DNA of 46,479 nt from assembly GCA_040289575.1 (NCBI GenBank), contig PSLL01000004.1:54740-101218 (forward strand), read 5' to 3'. A program made the position numbers and the translations under genes. Of the stretch, positions 1 through 10,012 are shown one piece after another. The stretch comes from Candidatus Dadabacteria bacterium. GTDB taxonomy: Bacteria; Desulfobacterota_D; UBA1144; Nemesobacterales; CSP1-2. Below the pieces are notes generated by a model that was not told where the DNA came from, did no database searches, and saw only the letters and a list, made by a program, of their open reading frames with translations. The stretch's first letter is position 1. Every line of letters begins with the position of its first letter.

Positions 1-767
1 TTGCCGCTTAGTTCCACACTATTGAGAGTATCAACTACATACCCATCAACCTCCTCAATCCCCTTTTTAAGCACTACCTCCTTCACAAAAGGTTCAATGG
101 GTCTAATCTTAGCTCCGCGCGTAATCTCTCTATATGAAGACGTGATTTTCGCAGATGACATCTTCTTACCTAAAACCTCTAATATCTCAATCTCTCCGAG
201 AACAGCCACTTTATATCCGATTCTCCTTCCGGTTAAAGGATGAAGCACCGCCTTTGATGAACGGAATACCGTAAATCTGTCTCCCAGTTGAACATTATCC
301 TCTGAACCGACGTTTGTATAAACTATGTCACCCTCGCCAAGGAGAATCTTAGGCGGTTCAGAACTAATAATGGTGCCCATATTCTCCCATTCATCGGGCA
401 GTATAAGACCTTCGCTCCCTCCACGGGAGTAGAAGAACACAGGTGGCGGAGGCTCAATCATACCAACAGTTTTTGATTTAATCTTCGGAGTAATTTTGAC
501 TACAGGGAGCGTAGGGACCTCAGGCGGAGCGGGCTTTAGGGAGAGCACATCGCCAGGATATATAAGATTGGGATTATCAATGTAGGGGTTTAATTCCCAA
601 AGACGGGGCCACAGGAGTGGGGTATTGAAAAACCTTTTTGATATCTTCGAGAGCGAATCCCCGGGGCGAATTACATATATAGTTACACCGCCTTTAGGTT
701 CTGGAAGTTCCTGGGCTAAAGCCATACCGCCTAAAAAAACTGCCACCAGAATTAACTTTAGACGCAT
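1..767 (-). CDS. LysM peptidoglycan-binding protein with signal peptide (TsaP-like), runs off window start
   Basis: Manual translation from ATG at 767 (RBS AAGGAGG upstream): MRLKLILVAVFLGGMALAQE...IYVIRPGDSLSKISKRFFNTPLLWPRLWELNPYIDNPNLIYPGDVL, a LysM with the W-P-x-L-W-x-x-N-P-x-I-x-N-P-x-L-I-Y-P-G motif. Absent from the ORF track because no stop falls in the window. Confidence 0.85.
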   Translation of the reverse strand, partial: MRLKLILVAVFLGGMALAQELPEPKGGVTIYVIRPGDSLSKISKRFFNTPLLWPRLWELNPYIDNPNLIYPGDVLSLKPAPPEVPTLPVVKITPKIKSKTVGMIEPPPPVFFYSRGGSEGLILPDEWENMGTIISSEPPKILLGEGDIVYTNVGSEDNVQLGDRFTVFRSSKAVLHPLTGRRIGYKVAVLGEIEILEVLGKKMSSAKITSSYREITRGAKIRPIEPFVKEVVLKKGIEEVDGYVVDTLNSVELSG

Positions 768-1027
768 CCTCTTGATACCTCCTTTAGGTATATATTATAG
801 ACCTCTACTTTAAACCCGCTTTCATACCTACCAGAAATTTACACCCTTTTGAAATAATTAAAAAGAGGCTCATAATTCTTCAAATCGTGTGTTTCCTAAG
901 TTTATTGCTTTTTACATTTACACGCGCCTAATAGATTAGCCCATCCAATCTTTCATATATTTAACTTATAGTCTATAATTAACTCACACAGCACCCAAGA
1001 TTCACGGGTACTCAATACACAAACTAT

Positions 1028-2515
1028 ATGGAAAGCCTCATCCTTATAAACGTGACCTTCAATGAAACCAGGGTTGCCGTTGTAGAGAACGGAACACTTG
1101 CTGAGCTATACGTAGAGAGGAAATCACAGCCTCGAACAGTGGGCAACATCTATAAGGGAAGGGTCGGAAAGGTCATCCCCGGAATGCAGGCAGCATTCAT
1201 TGATCTTGGGCTTGAAAGGTCGGGATTTATCTCTGTAGAAGACGTGCACGAAGACTCGTTTCTTGAATTCTTTCTGGAAGAAGACGAAATACAGGCGCAA
1301 AGAAGGCGTAGTAAGTCTCTAATCCAGGACATGCTTCGAGAGGGGCAGGAGGTCCTCGTTCAGGTTTTAAAGGAGTCCACCGGCGGAAAAGGCGCCAAAC
1401 TATCCTCGCACATCGCTCTTCCGGGGAAATATCTCGTATTTCTCGGCACGGCCGACTTTGTAGGAATATCAAGAAGAATAGAGAATGAAGATGAGAGAAA
1501 AAGATTAAGCGATATTATAAGAGGCTCTAAGCCTAAGGGAGTCGGCTTTATTGCAAGGACGGCAAGTGCAGGGCGAACGGAAGATGAGATACGACAGGAT
1601 ATGGAGTATTTAACTGCACTATGGGAAGGAATTAAAAAGAGGGCGGATGAACAAAAAGCCCCCGTGCTTCTTTATGAGGAGCCTAGTCTCCATATAAGAG
1701 TCGTAAGAGACCTGATTACAAGCGACGTAAAGGGAATAATCGCAGACTCCGAGGATGTCTATAAGGAAATATTGAGCTATTTTATGTCGCGTTTTCCTGA
1801 GCTGAGCACCAATATTGAACTTTACCGGGATCAGACCCCCCTTTTTATTCAGTTTGGAATAGAGCCTGAGATAAAGAAGATCTTTGAGAAAAAGGTTTGG
1901 CTTAAATCGGGCGGCCACCTTATCATAGAAGAGGCCGAAGCCCTGACTGTAATAGACATAAACACCGGGAGATACCTGAGCGGTGGCACTCAGGAAGAAA
2001 CCATATTCAAGATTAATATGGAAGCGGCTTCGGAGGCAGCGCGTCAGATACGGCTCAGAAACCTCGTAGGGATAATCGTTATAGATTTCATAGATCTCAA
2101 GAATCGCTCAAAGAGGGAGGAGATTTTTCAAGCCTTCATTGAAGCCCTGAGAAAAGACAAATCTCGCTCGGCGATACTCGAGATGTCCTCATTTGGAGTC
2201 GTTCAGATGACACGTCAGAGGATAAGAGAAAGCCTCCTTAAATCCCTCTCTGAACCGTGCAGCCACTGCGGCTCAGTCGGATACGTAAAATCTAAGGAGA
2301 CGGTCTCTTATGAAATTATAAGGGGGATAAAAAATCATATAGCAAAACCCCTTGTGAGAAGAATTCTGGTGCGTGCAAACGTAGATGTCATAAAAACTAT
2401 GAATAAGATCGAGTTGGATGGTCTTAAGCAACTCGGGGCAGAGCGTGGAGTGGAAATACTCTTTGAGCCTAAGGAGACCCCGGATTTCGAGGATTTTGAT
2501 ATAAAAGCCGAATAG
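1028..2515 (+). CDS. rng: Ribonuclease G (Rne/Rng family)
   Basis: GNIYKGRV..V.PGMQAAF S1 region, IDINTG, RQIRLRNL.GII.IDFID, CxxC Zn link; 495 aa is RNase G length. Confidence 0.93.
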   Translation: MESLILINVTFNETRVAVVENGTLAELYVERKSQPRTVGNIYKGRVGKVIPGMQAAFIDLGLERSGFISVEDVHEDSFLEFFLEEDEIQAQRRRSKSLIQDMLREGQEVLVQVLKESTGGKGAKLSSHIALPGKYLVFLGTADFVGISRRIENEDERKRLSDIIRGSKPKGVGFIARTASAGRTEDEIRQDMEYLTALWEGIKKRADEQKAPVLLYEEPSLHIRVVRDLITSDVKGIIADSEDVYKEILSYFMSRFPELSTNIELYRDQTPLFIQFGIEPEIKKIFEKKVWLKSGGHLIIEEAEALTVIDINTGRYLSGGTQEETIFKINMEAASEAARQIRLRNLVGIIVIDFIDLKNRSKREEIFQAFIEALRKDKSRSAILEMSSFGVVQMTRQRIRESLLKSLSEPCSHCGSVGYVKSKETVSYEIIRGIKNHIAKPLVRRILVRANVDVIKTMNKIELDGLKQLGAERGVEILFEPKETPDFEDFDIKAE

Positions 2516-2516
2516 C

Positions 2517-2545
2517 TTGACACCAATTGGTTTCTAGCTTAACGT
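2517..2545 (+). promoter_or_regulatory. sigma-70 promoter for rpsU
   Basis: TTGACA-N17-TAACGT about 40 nt upstream of the rpsU ATG. Confidence 0.6.
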
Positions 2546-2584
2546 TTATCTATACCATAATAAAAAGGGGGTGAGATAGAATAA

Positions 2585-2779
2585 ATGGCAGAAGTAATGA
2601 TTGGGAAAAACGAAACCCTTGATAACGCCCTGAGAAGATTCAAAAGGCTCGTTGAAAAAGAGGGGATAATATCGGAGCTAAGAAAAAGAGATCACTATGA
2701 AAAGCCGAGCGATAAGAAGAAAAAAAGGGCACGCGCGGCAAGGCTTAGGCTTCTAAAGAAGACCTCTAAAAAAGAGTAG
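2585..2779 (+). CDS. rpsU: 30S ribosomal protein S21
   Basis: [12 protein letters not shown]...[12 protein letters not shown] signature. Confidence 0.97.
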   Translation: MAEVMIGKNETLDNALRRFKRLVEKEGIISELRKRDHYEKPSDKKKKRARAARLRLLKKTSKKE

Positions 2780-2788
2780 ATAGAATAT

Positions 2789-3547
2789 ATGGGCAAAATG
2801 CTCTTCCGGATATTTTTGGTTTCTCTGCTGATTGTCTTCTCGTGTAGCGGATCGGAAGACAAGGGCGGAGAAACCAAAATCCCTCAAAATCTCCCTCTCC
2901 AAACTATATCAAATAGAGAGCTTAAAGTCCAAAGGAATATCAATAAGGAGGAATCTAATACCCACTTTTCGTCTACTGACATAGGGAAAAACCATCCTCC
3001 GGAGGTCACATCAATCAGTATCGCTTATGTTTCTGATAACAATCCAAGGGGCGGATTAAGGACTGTCGCGCGTGCAAAGGATCCGGATGGAGACGAGGTC
3101 AGTTTCAGATACCAGTGGAAGAGAAATGGGGAGAAAATCATAGGGGCGGTTGGCGATGCTCTAGAGTGGCAGGACAATTTTAAGAAGGGAGATAAAATCT
3201 CGGTAGAAGTCATTCCATATTATGGAAAGGATGAAGGGATCTGGAAGGCGGAAGGAGAGTTTACTATTCCAAATTCCCCTCCGAGAATAACCTCGGAACC
3301 TGAGGCGAAAATGGAAGGAGGAAAATTTAGGTACGCCGTGAAGGCTGAAGACCCGGACGGAGATCCAATAGAATTTACCCTAAAAGACGCTCCAAGGGGG
3401 ATGTCAATAGACCCTAAAACTGGGATTATCACCTGGGATTTCAATGAGAAGGACGCCGGAGAATATAGGGTTGAAGTAATAGCCTCAGACCCCGAAGGGG
3501 CTAAGTCCTCTCAAATACTTACCTTAACTATTCCCAAAGCTAAGTGA
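2789..3547 (+). CDS. Lipoprotein with two Ig/cadherin-like (He_PIG-type) domains
   Basis: Lipobox LIVFSC; two repeats NxPP.(V/I)TS...DPDGD; APRGMSIDPKTGIITW motif. Confidence 0.75.
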   Translation: MGKMLFRIFLVSLLIVFSCSGSEDKGGETKIPQNLPLQTISNRELKVQRNINKEESNTHFSSTDIGKNHPPEVTSISIAYVSDNNPRGGLRTVARAKDPDGDEVSFRYQWKRNGEKIIGAVGDALEWQDNFKKGDKISVEVIPYYGKDEGIWKAEGEFTIPNSPPRITSEPEAKMEGGKFRYAVKAEDPDGDPIEFTLKDAPRGMSIDPKTGIITWDFNEKDAGEYRVEVIASDPEGAKSSQILTLTIPKAK

Positions 3548-3720
3548 ATGTAAAGGCGGTGACCGTTCGCCCATAATGGCTCCTAATCCAGCACATACGG
3601 TTTATCCAGGTTTCATACAACAGTCTGCTAAATCCTGGAGCGAGTTTTAACCCATCCTTCCTAACTGATATAGAGGCCTGCAACTTTCCTCCCCTTCACT
3701 ATCTGTTATCCTTAATTAAC

Positions 3721-4845
3721 ATGGTATCTATCGCAAGGCGCAATCTATTCTATGATAAAACCAGACTCGCCATTACGCTTGTGGGAATAATGTTTGCGGT
3801 GGTCCTCATGACCGCCCAGATTGGAGCGTATCTCGGGTTCGTAAGCAACGCCTCTCAGATTATTGACCATTCCCCTGCAGACATCTGGATTACATCCAAG
3901 AATGCGGTGAATTTCGACTCGGCAAAACCATTTTCGGAAAATAAGATAGACAAGGTAAGAGAAATCAAAGGGGTGCTCTGGATTGAAAAGCTTGCCCAAA
4001 CCTGGGGGCTTATGAAACTCAGAAACGGCGCTACGGAATCGGTTCAGATAATAGGCTTTAACCCAGAGACTGGAATAGGCGGTCCTTGGAGGATGAAAGA
4101 GGGGGATATAAAGGACGTGAAGGTAGGAAACTCAATTATAGTTGATGAATCATCTTTGAGGAGGCTAAATGTCAAGCCCGGCGATAAGGTAGAGATATTT
4201 GACAAACAGACTAAGGTCGTTGGAATAAGCCAGGGCGTAAAATCATTCACGACTTATCCCATAGCCTTTACCTCATACAAGACCGCAAAAAGCTATTCAC
4301 GGATAATGAGAGATGATCAAACCACATTTGTCCTGGTAAAACTTCGGCCGGGAGTTGATGTCAATTCCGTCGTAGAAAAATTGAGGGAAACAATGAGCGG
4401 TGTTGACGTCTATACAAAAGAGGATTTCAGCGAAAAAACGAGAAGGTACTGGAGGGTTCAGACTGGAATAGGAATTGGAATCGGAGTCACTGTACTACTT
4501 GGATTCATAGTAGGAACCGTAATTGTCGGACAGACTATATATTCTTCCACCATGGAGCACCTGCGCGAATTCGGAACACTCAAGGCGATCGGAGCTACAA
4601 ACATGGACATTTACAAAATTATTTTTCAGCAGGCGCTCATCAATGCATGCATTGGATATGGACTTGGTTTCGGGTTTACTCTGATTACAAGGAGCTTATA
4701 CGAACGCCTCGGGGTGGTTCTGGTTCTGACTCCCCAGCTTATAGTGGCAATGTTTTTTATAACTATGTTTATGTGTCTACTTTCTTCATTCATCTCAATT
4801 CAGAAGGCGGCAAAGGTTGACCCTGTGATTGTATTTAGGGCCTAG
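3721..4845 (+). CDS. ABC transporter permease, MacB/FtsX-like (DevC-type)
   Basis: N-terminal TM, periplasmic domain, EHLREFGTLKAIGA, C-terminal VDPVIVFRA. Confidence 0.88.
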   Translation: MVSIARRNLFYDKTRLAITLVGIMFAVVLMTAQIGAYLGFVSNASQIIDHSPADIWITSKNAVNFDSAKPFSENKIDKVREIKGVLWIEKLAQTWGLMKLRNGATESVQIIGFNPETGIGGPWRMKEGDIKDVKVGNSIIVDESSLRRLNVKPGDKVEIFDKQTKVVGISQGVKSFTTYPIAFTSYKTAKSYSRIMRDDQTTFVLVKLRPGVDVNSVVEKLRETMSGVDVYTKEDFSEKTRRYWRVQTGIGIGIGVTVLLGFIVGTVIVGQTIYSSTMEHLREFGTLKAIGATNMDIYKIIFQQALINACIGYGLGFGFTLITRSLYERLGVVLVLTPQLIVAMFFITMFMCLLSSFISIQKAAKVDPVIVFRA

Positions 4846-4924
4846 TGCTTGAAATGTGTATATTTGGCGCTAGATATTAGGTAGGATCAACAATGCCAAT
4901 TCGCTTACCTAGTATAGAGAAACT

Positions 4925-5007
4925 TGTCGTGGCGCGGAAACTTAATTACAAAGCGATCCCATCCTCAGACCAGGCATTGAGATTGCTTCAACACGCTCGC
5001 AATGACA
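4925..5007. repeat. Degenerate GTCATTGCGAG/CTCGCAATGAC-type palindromic interspersed repeat
   Basis: TGTCGTGGCGCGG...GCGATCCC...GAGATTGCTTCAACACGCTCGCAATGACA. Confidence 0.6.
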
Positions 5008-5029
5008 TCTACTTGAATATAAATAGAAT

Positions 5030-5710
5030 ATGAAGCAGATAGAGGTAATTGACATACATAAGGTTTACGAAGAAGGCTCAGTTAAAGTTCACGCAGTAAA
5101 AGGGGTGAATTTATCTGTAAATGCAGGGGAATTGGCCCTTCTTATGGGCCCATCGGGAAGCGGAAAGACAACGCTTCTATCGGTGATGGGGTGCATACTT
5201 AAGCCGACAAAGGGCCGTGTGCGGATTATGGAGGAAGAGATAAATGACTGGGATGAAAATAGGCTTCCCCTTATAAGAAGGAAACACATAGGATTTATAT
5301 TTCAGCACTTTAATCTCCTGAGCGCTCTTACAGCCCTTGAGAACGTGGAGGCCTCTCTAAACCTCAAGGGTATAAAAGACAAGGATGCAAAGAGTGAGGC
5401 AATGAGATTGCTTGAGCAGGTTGGATTGGGAGATAGATGTGATTTTCTGCCCAGGGATTTAAGTGGGGGAGAAAAGCAGAGGGTTTCGATTGCAAGGGCA
5501 CTTGCCGGAAATCCACAGATTATTCTGGCAGACGAGCCTACGGGCAATCTTGATTCCCAAAACGGGCGGATGGTAATTGAGCTTCTCAAAGGCCTCACCG
5601 ACAGAGAGAACAAGTCCGTAGTAATTGTCACACACGACAACAGAATCACAGATCTTGCCGATAAGATTTATCATATGCAAGACGGCGTTATTGAGAATGG
5701 ACTTCCGTAG
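5030..5710 (+). CDS. ABC transporter ATP-binding protein (LolD/DevA-like)
   Basis: Walker A GPSGSGKT, LSGGEKQR, ADEPTGNLD, VTHD. Confidence 0.93.
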   Translation: MKQIEVIDIHKVYEEGSVKVHAVKGVNLSVNAGELALLMGPSGSGKTTLLSVMGCILKPTKGRVRIMEEEINDWDENRLPLIRRKHIGFIFQHFNLLSALTALENVEASLNLKGIKDKDAKSEAMRLLEQVGLGDRCDFLPRDLSGGEKQRVSIARALAGNPQIILADEPTGNLDSQNGRMVIELLKGLTDRENKSVVIVTHDNRITDLADKIYHMQDGVIENGLP

Positions 5711-5744
5711 GAACACTACCTTGAATATGGAATTGCCCTTAGAA

Positions 5745-6509
5745 TCAAGCCTTAATAGGCTCTGCGAGTTTTCTTCTTTGAGCTCTAATCTGGATGAGCT
5801 TTAAGACCCCTGCAATTATTAATCCAAGAGACATAAGCTGAGCTAAAGAGATTCCTGGGATAAAACTCGGTGTCGTATGCCTTATAAACTCTATAAGAAA
5901 CCTCTCTACCCCAGTCAGTATTAAAACCATTGATGTAAGCCATCCAATGGGCATGTTTCTTTTACGAATCTTCCATATATAAATAAATATTCCCAGCGTC
6001 AATAGTACTTCATAGATTTGAGTTGGATGCACCCTCTCATTCGTCGGGGGAGAGCCGATTGGAAAAGACATAGCCCATGGGAGATTTGAAGGAGTTCCGT
6101 AGTCGTCGCCCACAAGAAAACAGCCAATCCTAGCAATTGCATAGGTAATAACAATGGGAGCCATTGCGTCGGCGGCGAGCCAAAAATTTACTCTCTTTAT
6201 ATGCATGACAGTCAAAAAAAGCAGAGCCGCACCCACAAAACCTCCCAAGTATGTAAGCCCTGATGAGAGATACCTTACAGGGTCGGATATGAATTGTGAG
6301 AGTGTTACATTCTCTAAGAGAAAGAGAATCTTCGCCCCTATAAGCCCCCCGATTATACTTGCTATAAAAGCCATATCGAGAAGGTCTTCCCCCAAACCCT
6401 TTCTTTTAAACTCGCTCTCGCACAGCTTATAAGCCACAAGGAAACCAATAATCATCATTACTGTATATGAAGAGATTGTAAAACTGCCTATTCTAATTAT
6501 TGGATACAT
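5745..6509 (-). CDS. lgt: Prolipoprotein diacylglyceryl transferase family
   Basis: MYP start, GL.Y.GG, RIGCFL.GDDYG, HPTQIYE, RF.IEF.R motifs. Confidence 0.85.
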   Translation of the reverse strand: MYPIIRIGSFTISSYTVMMIIGFLVAYKLCESEFKRKGLGEDLLDMAFIASIIGGLIGAKILFLLENVTLSQFISDPVRYLSSGLTYLGGFVGAALLFLTVMHIKRVNFWLAADAMAPIVITYAIARIGCFLVGDDYGTPSNLPWAMSFPIGSPPTNERVHPTQIYEVLLTLGIFIYIWKIRKRNMPIGWLTSMVLILTGVERFLIEFIRHTTPSFIPGISLAQLMSLGLIIAGVLKLIQIRAQRRKLAEPIKA

Positions 6510-6622
6510 TTATATTCCCGGCTCCCAGTTTGGAATTATTAAGGCTAAATTAACATAGAGTCAATTTCCCCGCAAATACATTGATGTAAAGCCTTTAATA
6601 ACACGAGGCCACGGATCGGTTT

Positions 6623-7894
6623 CTAGGGAGTTTCGTCCCTGCATCCGCCCTCTTTGAGAATCTTTTCTATCTCGTATCCCGCCGCAATGGTCGCCGTGCA
6701 GGCAATCAGTTGATACGCAAGAGGAAAGAATTTCTCGCATTCTCCATTCTCACAGTCGCCTTCCTTTTGAAAAGAAAGGCATGAAAATTCCATCCCCCTT
6801 GTGTTTAGATTGTCAAACTCGCTTTTTCCCCTATTTAGCCTGAGAAAACCGCCCGCCGTCTTTGCTTTAACGAGATAAATCACAGGTTCCCCTACGGTTT
6901 CCGAATCCAATCTCAATGATGTCGGTATTCCCTCCTGAATCACCACATCCCTTACGGGCTTTCCGCCCTTTGAGACCCTCATCTGCTTCCTCCTCTCTGC
7001 ATTGAGCGTCCTTACTTCATCTGCGCTGAAGACGCTTATCACAGCCATCCCGTATGTGCCTGAGTTGCTCTTTAAGAAGAGAAACGGACTTTCTCGGACA
7101 CCCCTTTTTTTATATTCGTATCTAAGTTCACTGAGAACCAAGTCTACAGATTGTGCCACCCTTTGACGATCCTCAGGATTGTCAAAATCCACTCCGCCTT
7201 GCGAAACCGTTTTTATAGAGATTGTCCAGGGGTCGATTCCGATTATCTCTGCAACCTCGAAAGCGAGTTTGTTATAGAAATCAAAGTGAACGCTCTTTCT
7301 CCTTGTATGCCAGCCGATCTCTACAGGAGGCTCAACGGGTTGCCGAACGCCTCTCAGTATTTCAGGGCACTTTGATGAAAAATCGTTATTTATCAAGATG
7401 AGGTCTGGGGTAAAGTCCGAAACAAAAACCGTGTCGCCGTCCCTTTTTAATCTAAAAGCCCTAACATACTCTCCGGTTATGGTTTTAAATCCCACTTCAT
7501 CCTCATAAAGCTCATCACTTACAAGCCCAACCCCTACAAGAAAACCCACACTCCCAAGAATAGATTTAATCGCATATATGTTTTCCCAGTAGTAAGGGTT
7601 CCTTGTATGAAGCTCAGGGATTATGAGAATCCTCTTTGCACCGGGATAACTCTGAATGAAGTGCTCTCTAAAGAGTTGTGCCGCACGCCTTCTAAAGACC
7701 GGACAGAGATTATTAAACCCAGCGGGAAATACATTAGTATCAACCGGAGTAATTTTATGGTGAGAAATCCGCAGATCAACCGATGCATAGAGCGGGACAT
7801 CTACCTTCCGGCACTGCTCGTCTATCCAGCCTTTAATCTCCTCTGCTTTTTCCCCACTCTTTCGATTTATCTCATCAAGAAATTCCATTGTCAC
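6623..7894 (-). CDS. gshA: Glutamate-cysteine ligase (GshA, betaproteobacterial/PF08886 type)
   Basis: PLYASVDLR...PVDTNVFPAGFNNL, PE.HTRNPYY.EN, NNDFS, GTYGMAV, IQEG, NLN..G motifs. Start may be the ATG two codons later. Confidence 0.85.
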   Translation of the reverse strand: MTMEFLDEINRKSGEKAEEIKGWIDEQCRKVDVPLYASVDLRISHHKITPVDTNVFPAGFNNLCPVFRRRAAQLFREHFIQSYPGAKRILIIPELHTRNPYYWENIYAIKSILGSVGFLVGVGLVSDELYEDEVGFKTITGEYVRAFRLKRDGDTVFVSDFTPDLILINNDFSSKCPEILRGVRQPVEPPVEIGWHTRRKSVHFDFYNKLAFEVAEIIGIDPWTISIKTVSQGGVDFDNPEDRQRVAQSVDLVLSELRYEYKKRGVRESPFLFLKSNSGTYGMAVISVFSADEVRTLNAERRKQMRVSKGGKPVRDVVIQEGIPTSLRLDSETVGEPVIYLVKAKTAGGFLRLNRGKSEFDNLNTRGMEFSCLSFQKEGDCENGECEKFFPLAYQLIACTATIAAGYEIEKILKEGGCRDETP

Positions 7895-7915
7895 AGATCG
7901 ACTCCAATCCTAAAA

Positions 7916-8785
7916 TCATTCCTTTACAACATAAGTTCCAGCAAACTTATCGTGCCATGCCTGACTTTTTGAATCAAAAACTGCCCAGATAAATCCGATA
8001 AATATGAAAAATGCAGATACATAATACCCAAGCCACCTTACGAAAGCCTCCCAGAGCCTCATTGATTCCCCATCGTCTCTTATTATCCTAATTCCCAAGA
8101 TCATCTTTCCTATGGTTTTCCCAGTAATCCCTTCGAGAAAAACGAAATAGGTGGAGCCTAAGAAAAGCAGGATAATATATACCGGAATGAGCACATCTAC
8201 ACCCTCTCCCCAGCCAAGGCTAAAACTGGTACCGGCAAATAAAAGGCCGATCCCAAGTGTAAGCGTCGCGATTCCAAAAATAATTATGAGATCAATGATA
8301 AATGCCGCAATCCTTGAGCCGATTCCGGCGAGATTAAAAGAAATCGTCTTTTCTTTAGATTGTAAATCTTCAGGCACGGAGTTGTATGCAGAGTATATGG
8401 AAGGAACGGGCGATTCCGTATCATCCCATTCTTCTTGTCGGGATTGCCCGGATGAGGACCTATAAGGCAAGAATTCAGAAGGAATGGACAGATTGAGAGA
8501 TTCATCCTCTTCCATTTTATTTTCATCTGAGATTGATCGAATCTGAGGCTCATTCAAAGTCCCCGACGGCGTCTGCGCGCGGGATAAATCAGGTGCAGAC
8601 AATACAGCACCAGATACAGGTTTTTCTAACGCTCTTTCATCTATTTTTGCACTCTCCTTCTTTTCCGCCTCGGATACGGATTCATAAATAGCCTTATATA
8701 TTGGGTTTGGCTTAAGCGGATTTCCACACCTCTTACACGTGCTTAGGTAATCAAAACTGTTGAATCCGCAATTGGGACACTTCAT
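7916..8785 (-). CDS. RDD family membrane protein with N-terminal zinc ribbon
   Basis: MKCPNCG...CKRCG; RIAAFIID, GKTIGKM.LGIR, Q.WHDKFAGTYVV. Start reassigned to ATG 8785. Confidence 0.85.
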   Translation of the reverse strand: MKCPNCGFNSFDYLSTCKRCGNPLKPNPIYKAIYESVSEAEKKESAKIDERALEKPVSGAVLSAPDLSRAQTPSGTLNEPQIRSISDENKMEEDESLNLSIPSEFLPYRSSSGQSRQEEWDDTESPVPSIYSAYNSVPEDLQSKEKTISFNLAGIGSRIAAFIIDLIIIFGIATLTLGIGLLFAGTSFSLGWGEGVDVLIPVYIILLFLGSTYFVFLEGITGKTIGKMILGIRIIRDDGESMRLWEAFVRWLGYYVSAFFIFIGFIWAVFDSKSQAWHDKFAGTYVVKE

Positions 8786-8948
8786 TGTGTTTTTAAGATA
8801 ACACAACGTAAACGGAATCACAATTAAAAATCCAACCCTTGACAGAATAAAATCCCCATGATACCTACTTAAAACCTTTAGTCACAGAGAAAAGAAAATT
8901 ATTTATTGATTCGTGTTTAAATCATGTTATTAAAAAGGAGATAAGAGA

Positions 8949-9966
8949 TTGAAGAAAAAAAAGAGAAGAGTACTTACACACCCCTGTGCTTCAGCCATCC
9001 GTAAGAAATATAAAGAGTATAGGGAACTATGTCCACGCCTTTTCCAATATGTCATTCCAAGCAAGGGCACTCGGTGAGGGGGCAAAAACCCTTTTTGAGA
9101 TGGTCAAGGCTCCTGATTGTTTAAAAACACTCACCATAGCTGGAGCCCCCGTGCCCGGAGGGCTTCAGGGCGTAATATGCGACTTGATCGAACTCAAATT
9201 TATAGATGTTATTGTCACTACAGGTTCCCAGATCGCGCACGATTTAGTAGAAGCCCTGGGATTTAGCCATCATAAGGGTCATCATATGATGGATGACGTA
9301 GAGCTTAGAGACCTGAGAATTGACAGGATGTATGATGCCCTTTTAGACGAGACAAAACTAAATGAGGTAGACCTTATCCTAAACAGGCTCTGGAAAAGAT
9401 TAGAAAAGAGGATTCTTTCTACGCCGGAGATCTTTATAGAGATTGCGAAATACATTACAGAAACCGGGCTTAATAAAGGACAGAGCTTTCTTATAAGTGC
9501 AGTAAAAAATAACGTCCCTATATTCTCTCCAACGATCCACGATAGCGAGATTGGAATTTCTCTTACGACATTTAACAAGAAAAACCCCAAAGGAAGAATA
9601 ATAATTGATCTCCTTCTTGATAACGAAAAATATATAGAAATCTTCTCCGATCAGAGATATAAAAAACACGGAGTCCTTATTCTAGGGGGCGGTGTTCCGC
9701 GCAACTGGACGCAGCAGGTAACGCCTATGATTGAATTTATAAAACATGGGGTTCAAATATTAGAAGACAGGGAGATCGGCTATGATTACGGGATTCTGAT
9801 CACAACAGACCAGCCACAGTTTGGAGGCTTAAGCGGAAGCACGCTTGATGAAGCCATATCTTGGAACAAATATGCACCTTAAGCAAGATTCGCCACAGTC
9901 CACTGCGATATGACAATTGCCCTACCCATTATGGTTGGAGCCGTAAAGGAATGGATGGGGATTTAA
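8949..9966 (+). pseudogene. Deoxyhypusine synthase-like (homospermidine synthase type) gene with a frameshift and an in-frame stop
   Basis: Motifs HDLVEALG, GGGVPRNW, GGLSG.TLDEAISW.K. RBS plus TTG at 8949 is out of frame by one base (A8 run). After TAA 9880-9882 the frame continues ARFATVHCDMTIALPIMVGAVKEWMGI*, the conserved DHS C-terminus. Confidence 0.8.
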
Positions 9967-9970
9967 TAAT

Positions 9971-10000
9971 TGTAGGGGCGCACAGCGATGCACCCCTACA
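9971..10000. repeat. GTAG-type REP palindrome between convergent genes (may act as terminator)
   Basis: TGTAGGGGCGCA-CAGCGA-TGCACCCCTACA. Confidence 0.7.
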
Positions 10001-10012
10001 CCAAAAGCAAAA

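Noticed and set aside
1-813. Plus-strand ORFs 1..243 and 625..813
   Set aside because: They are antisense shadows of the minus-strand LysM gene.
9880-9882. Stop-codon reassignment (TAA read as sense)
   Set aside because: Only one in-frame case; many genes in the window end normally at TAA.
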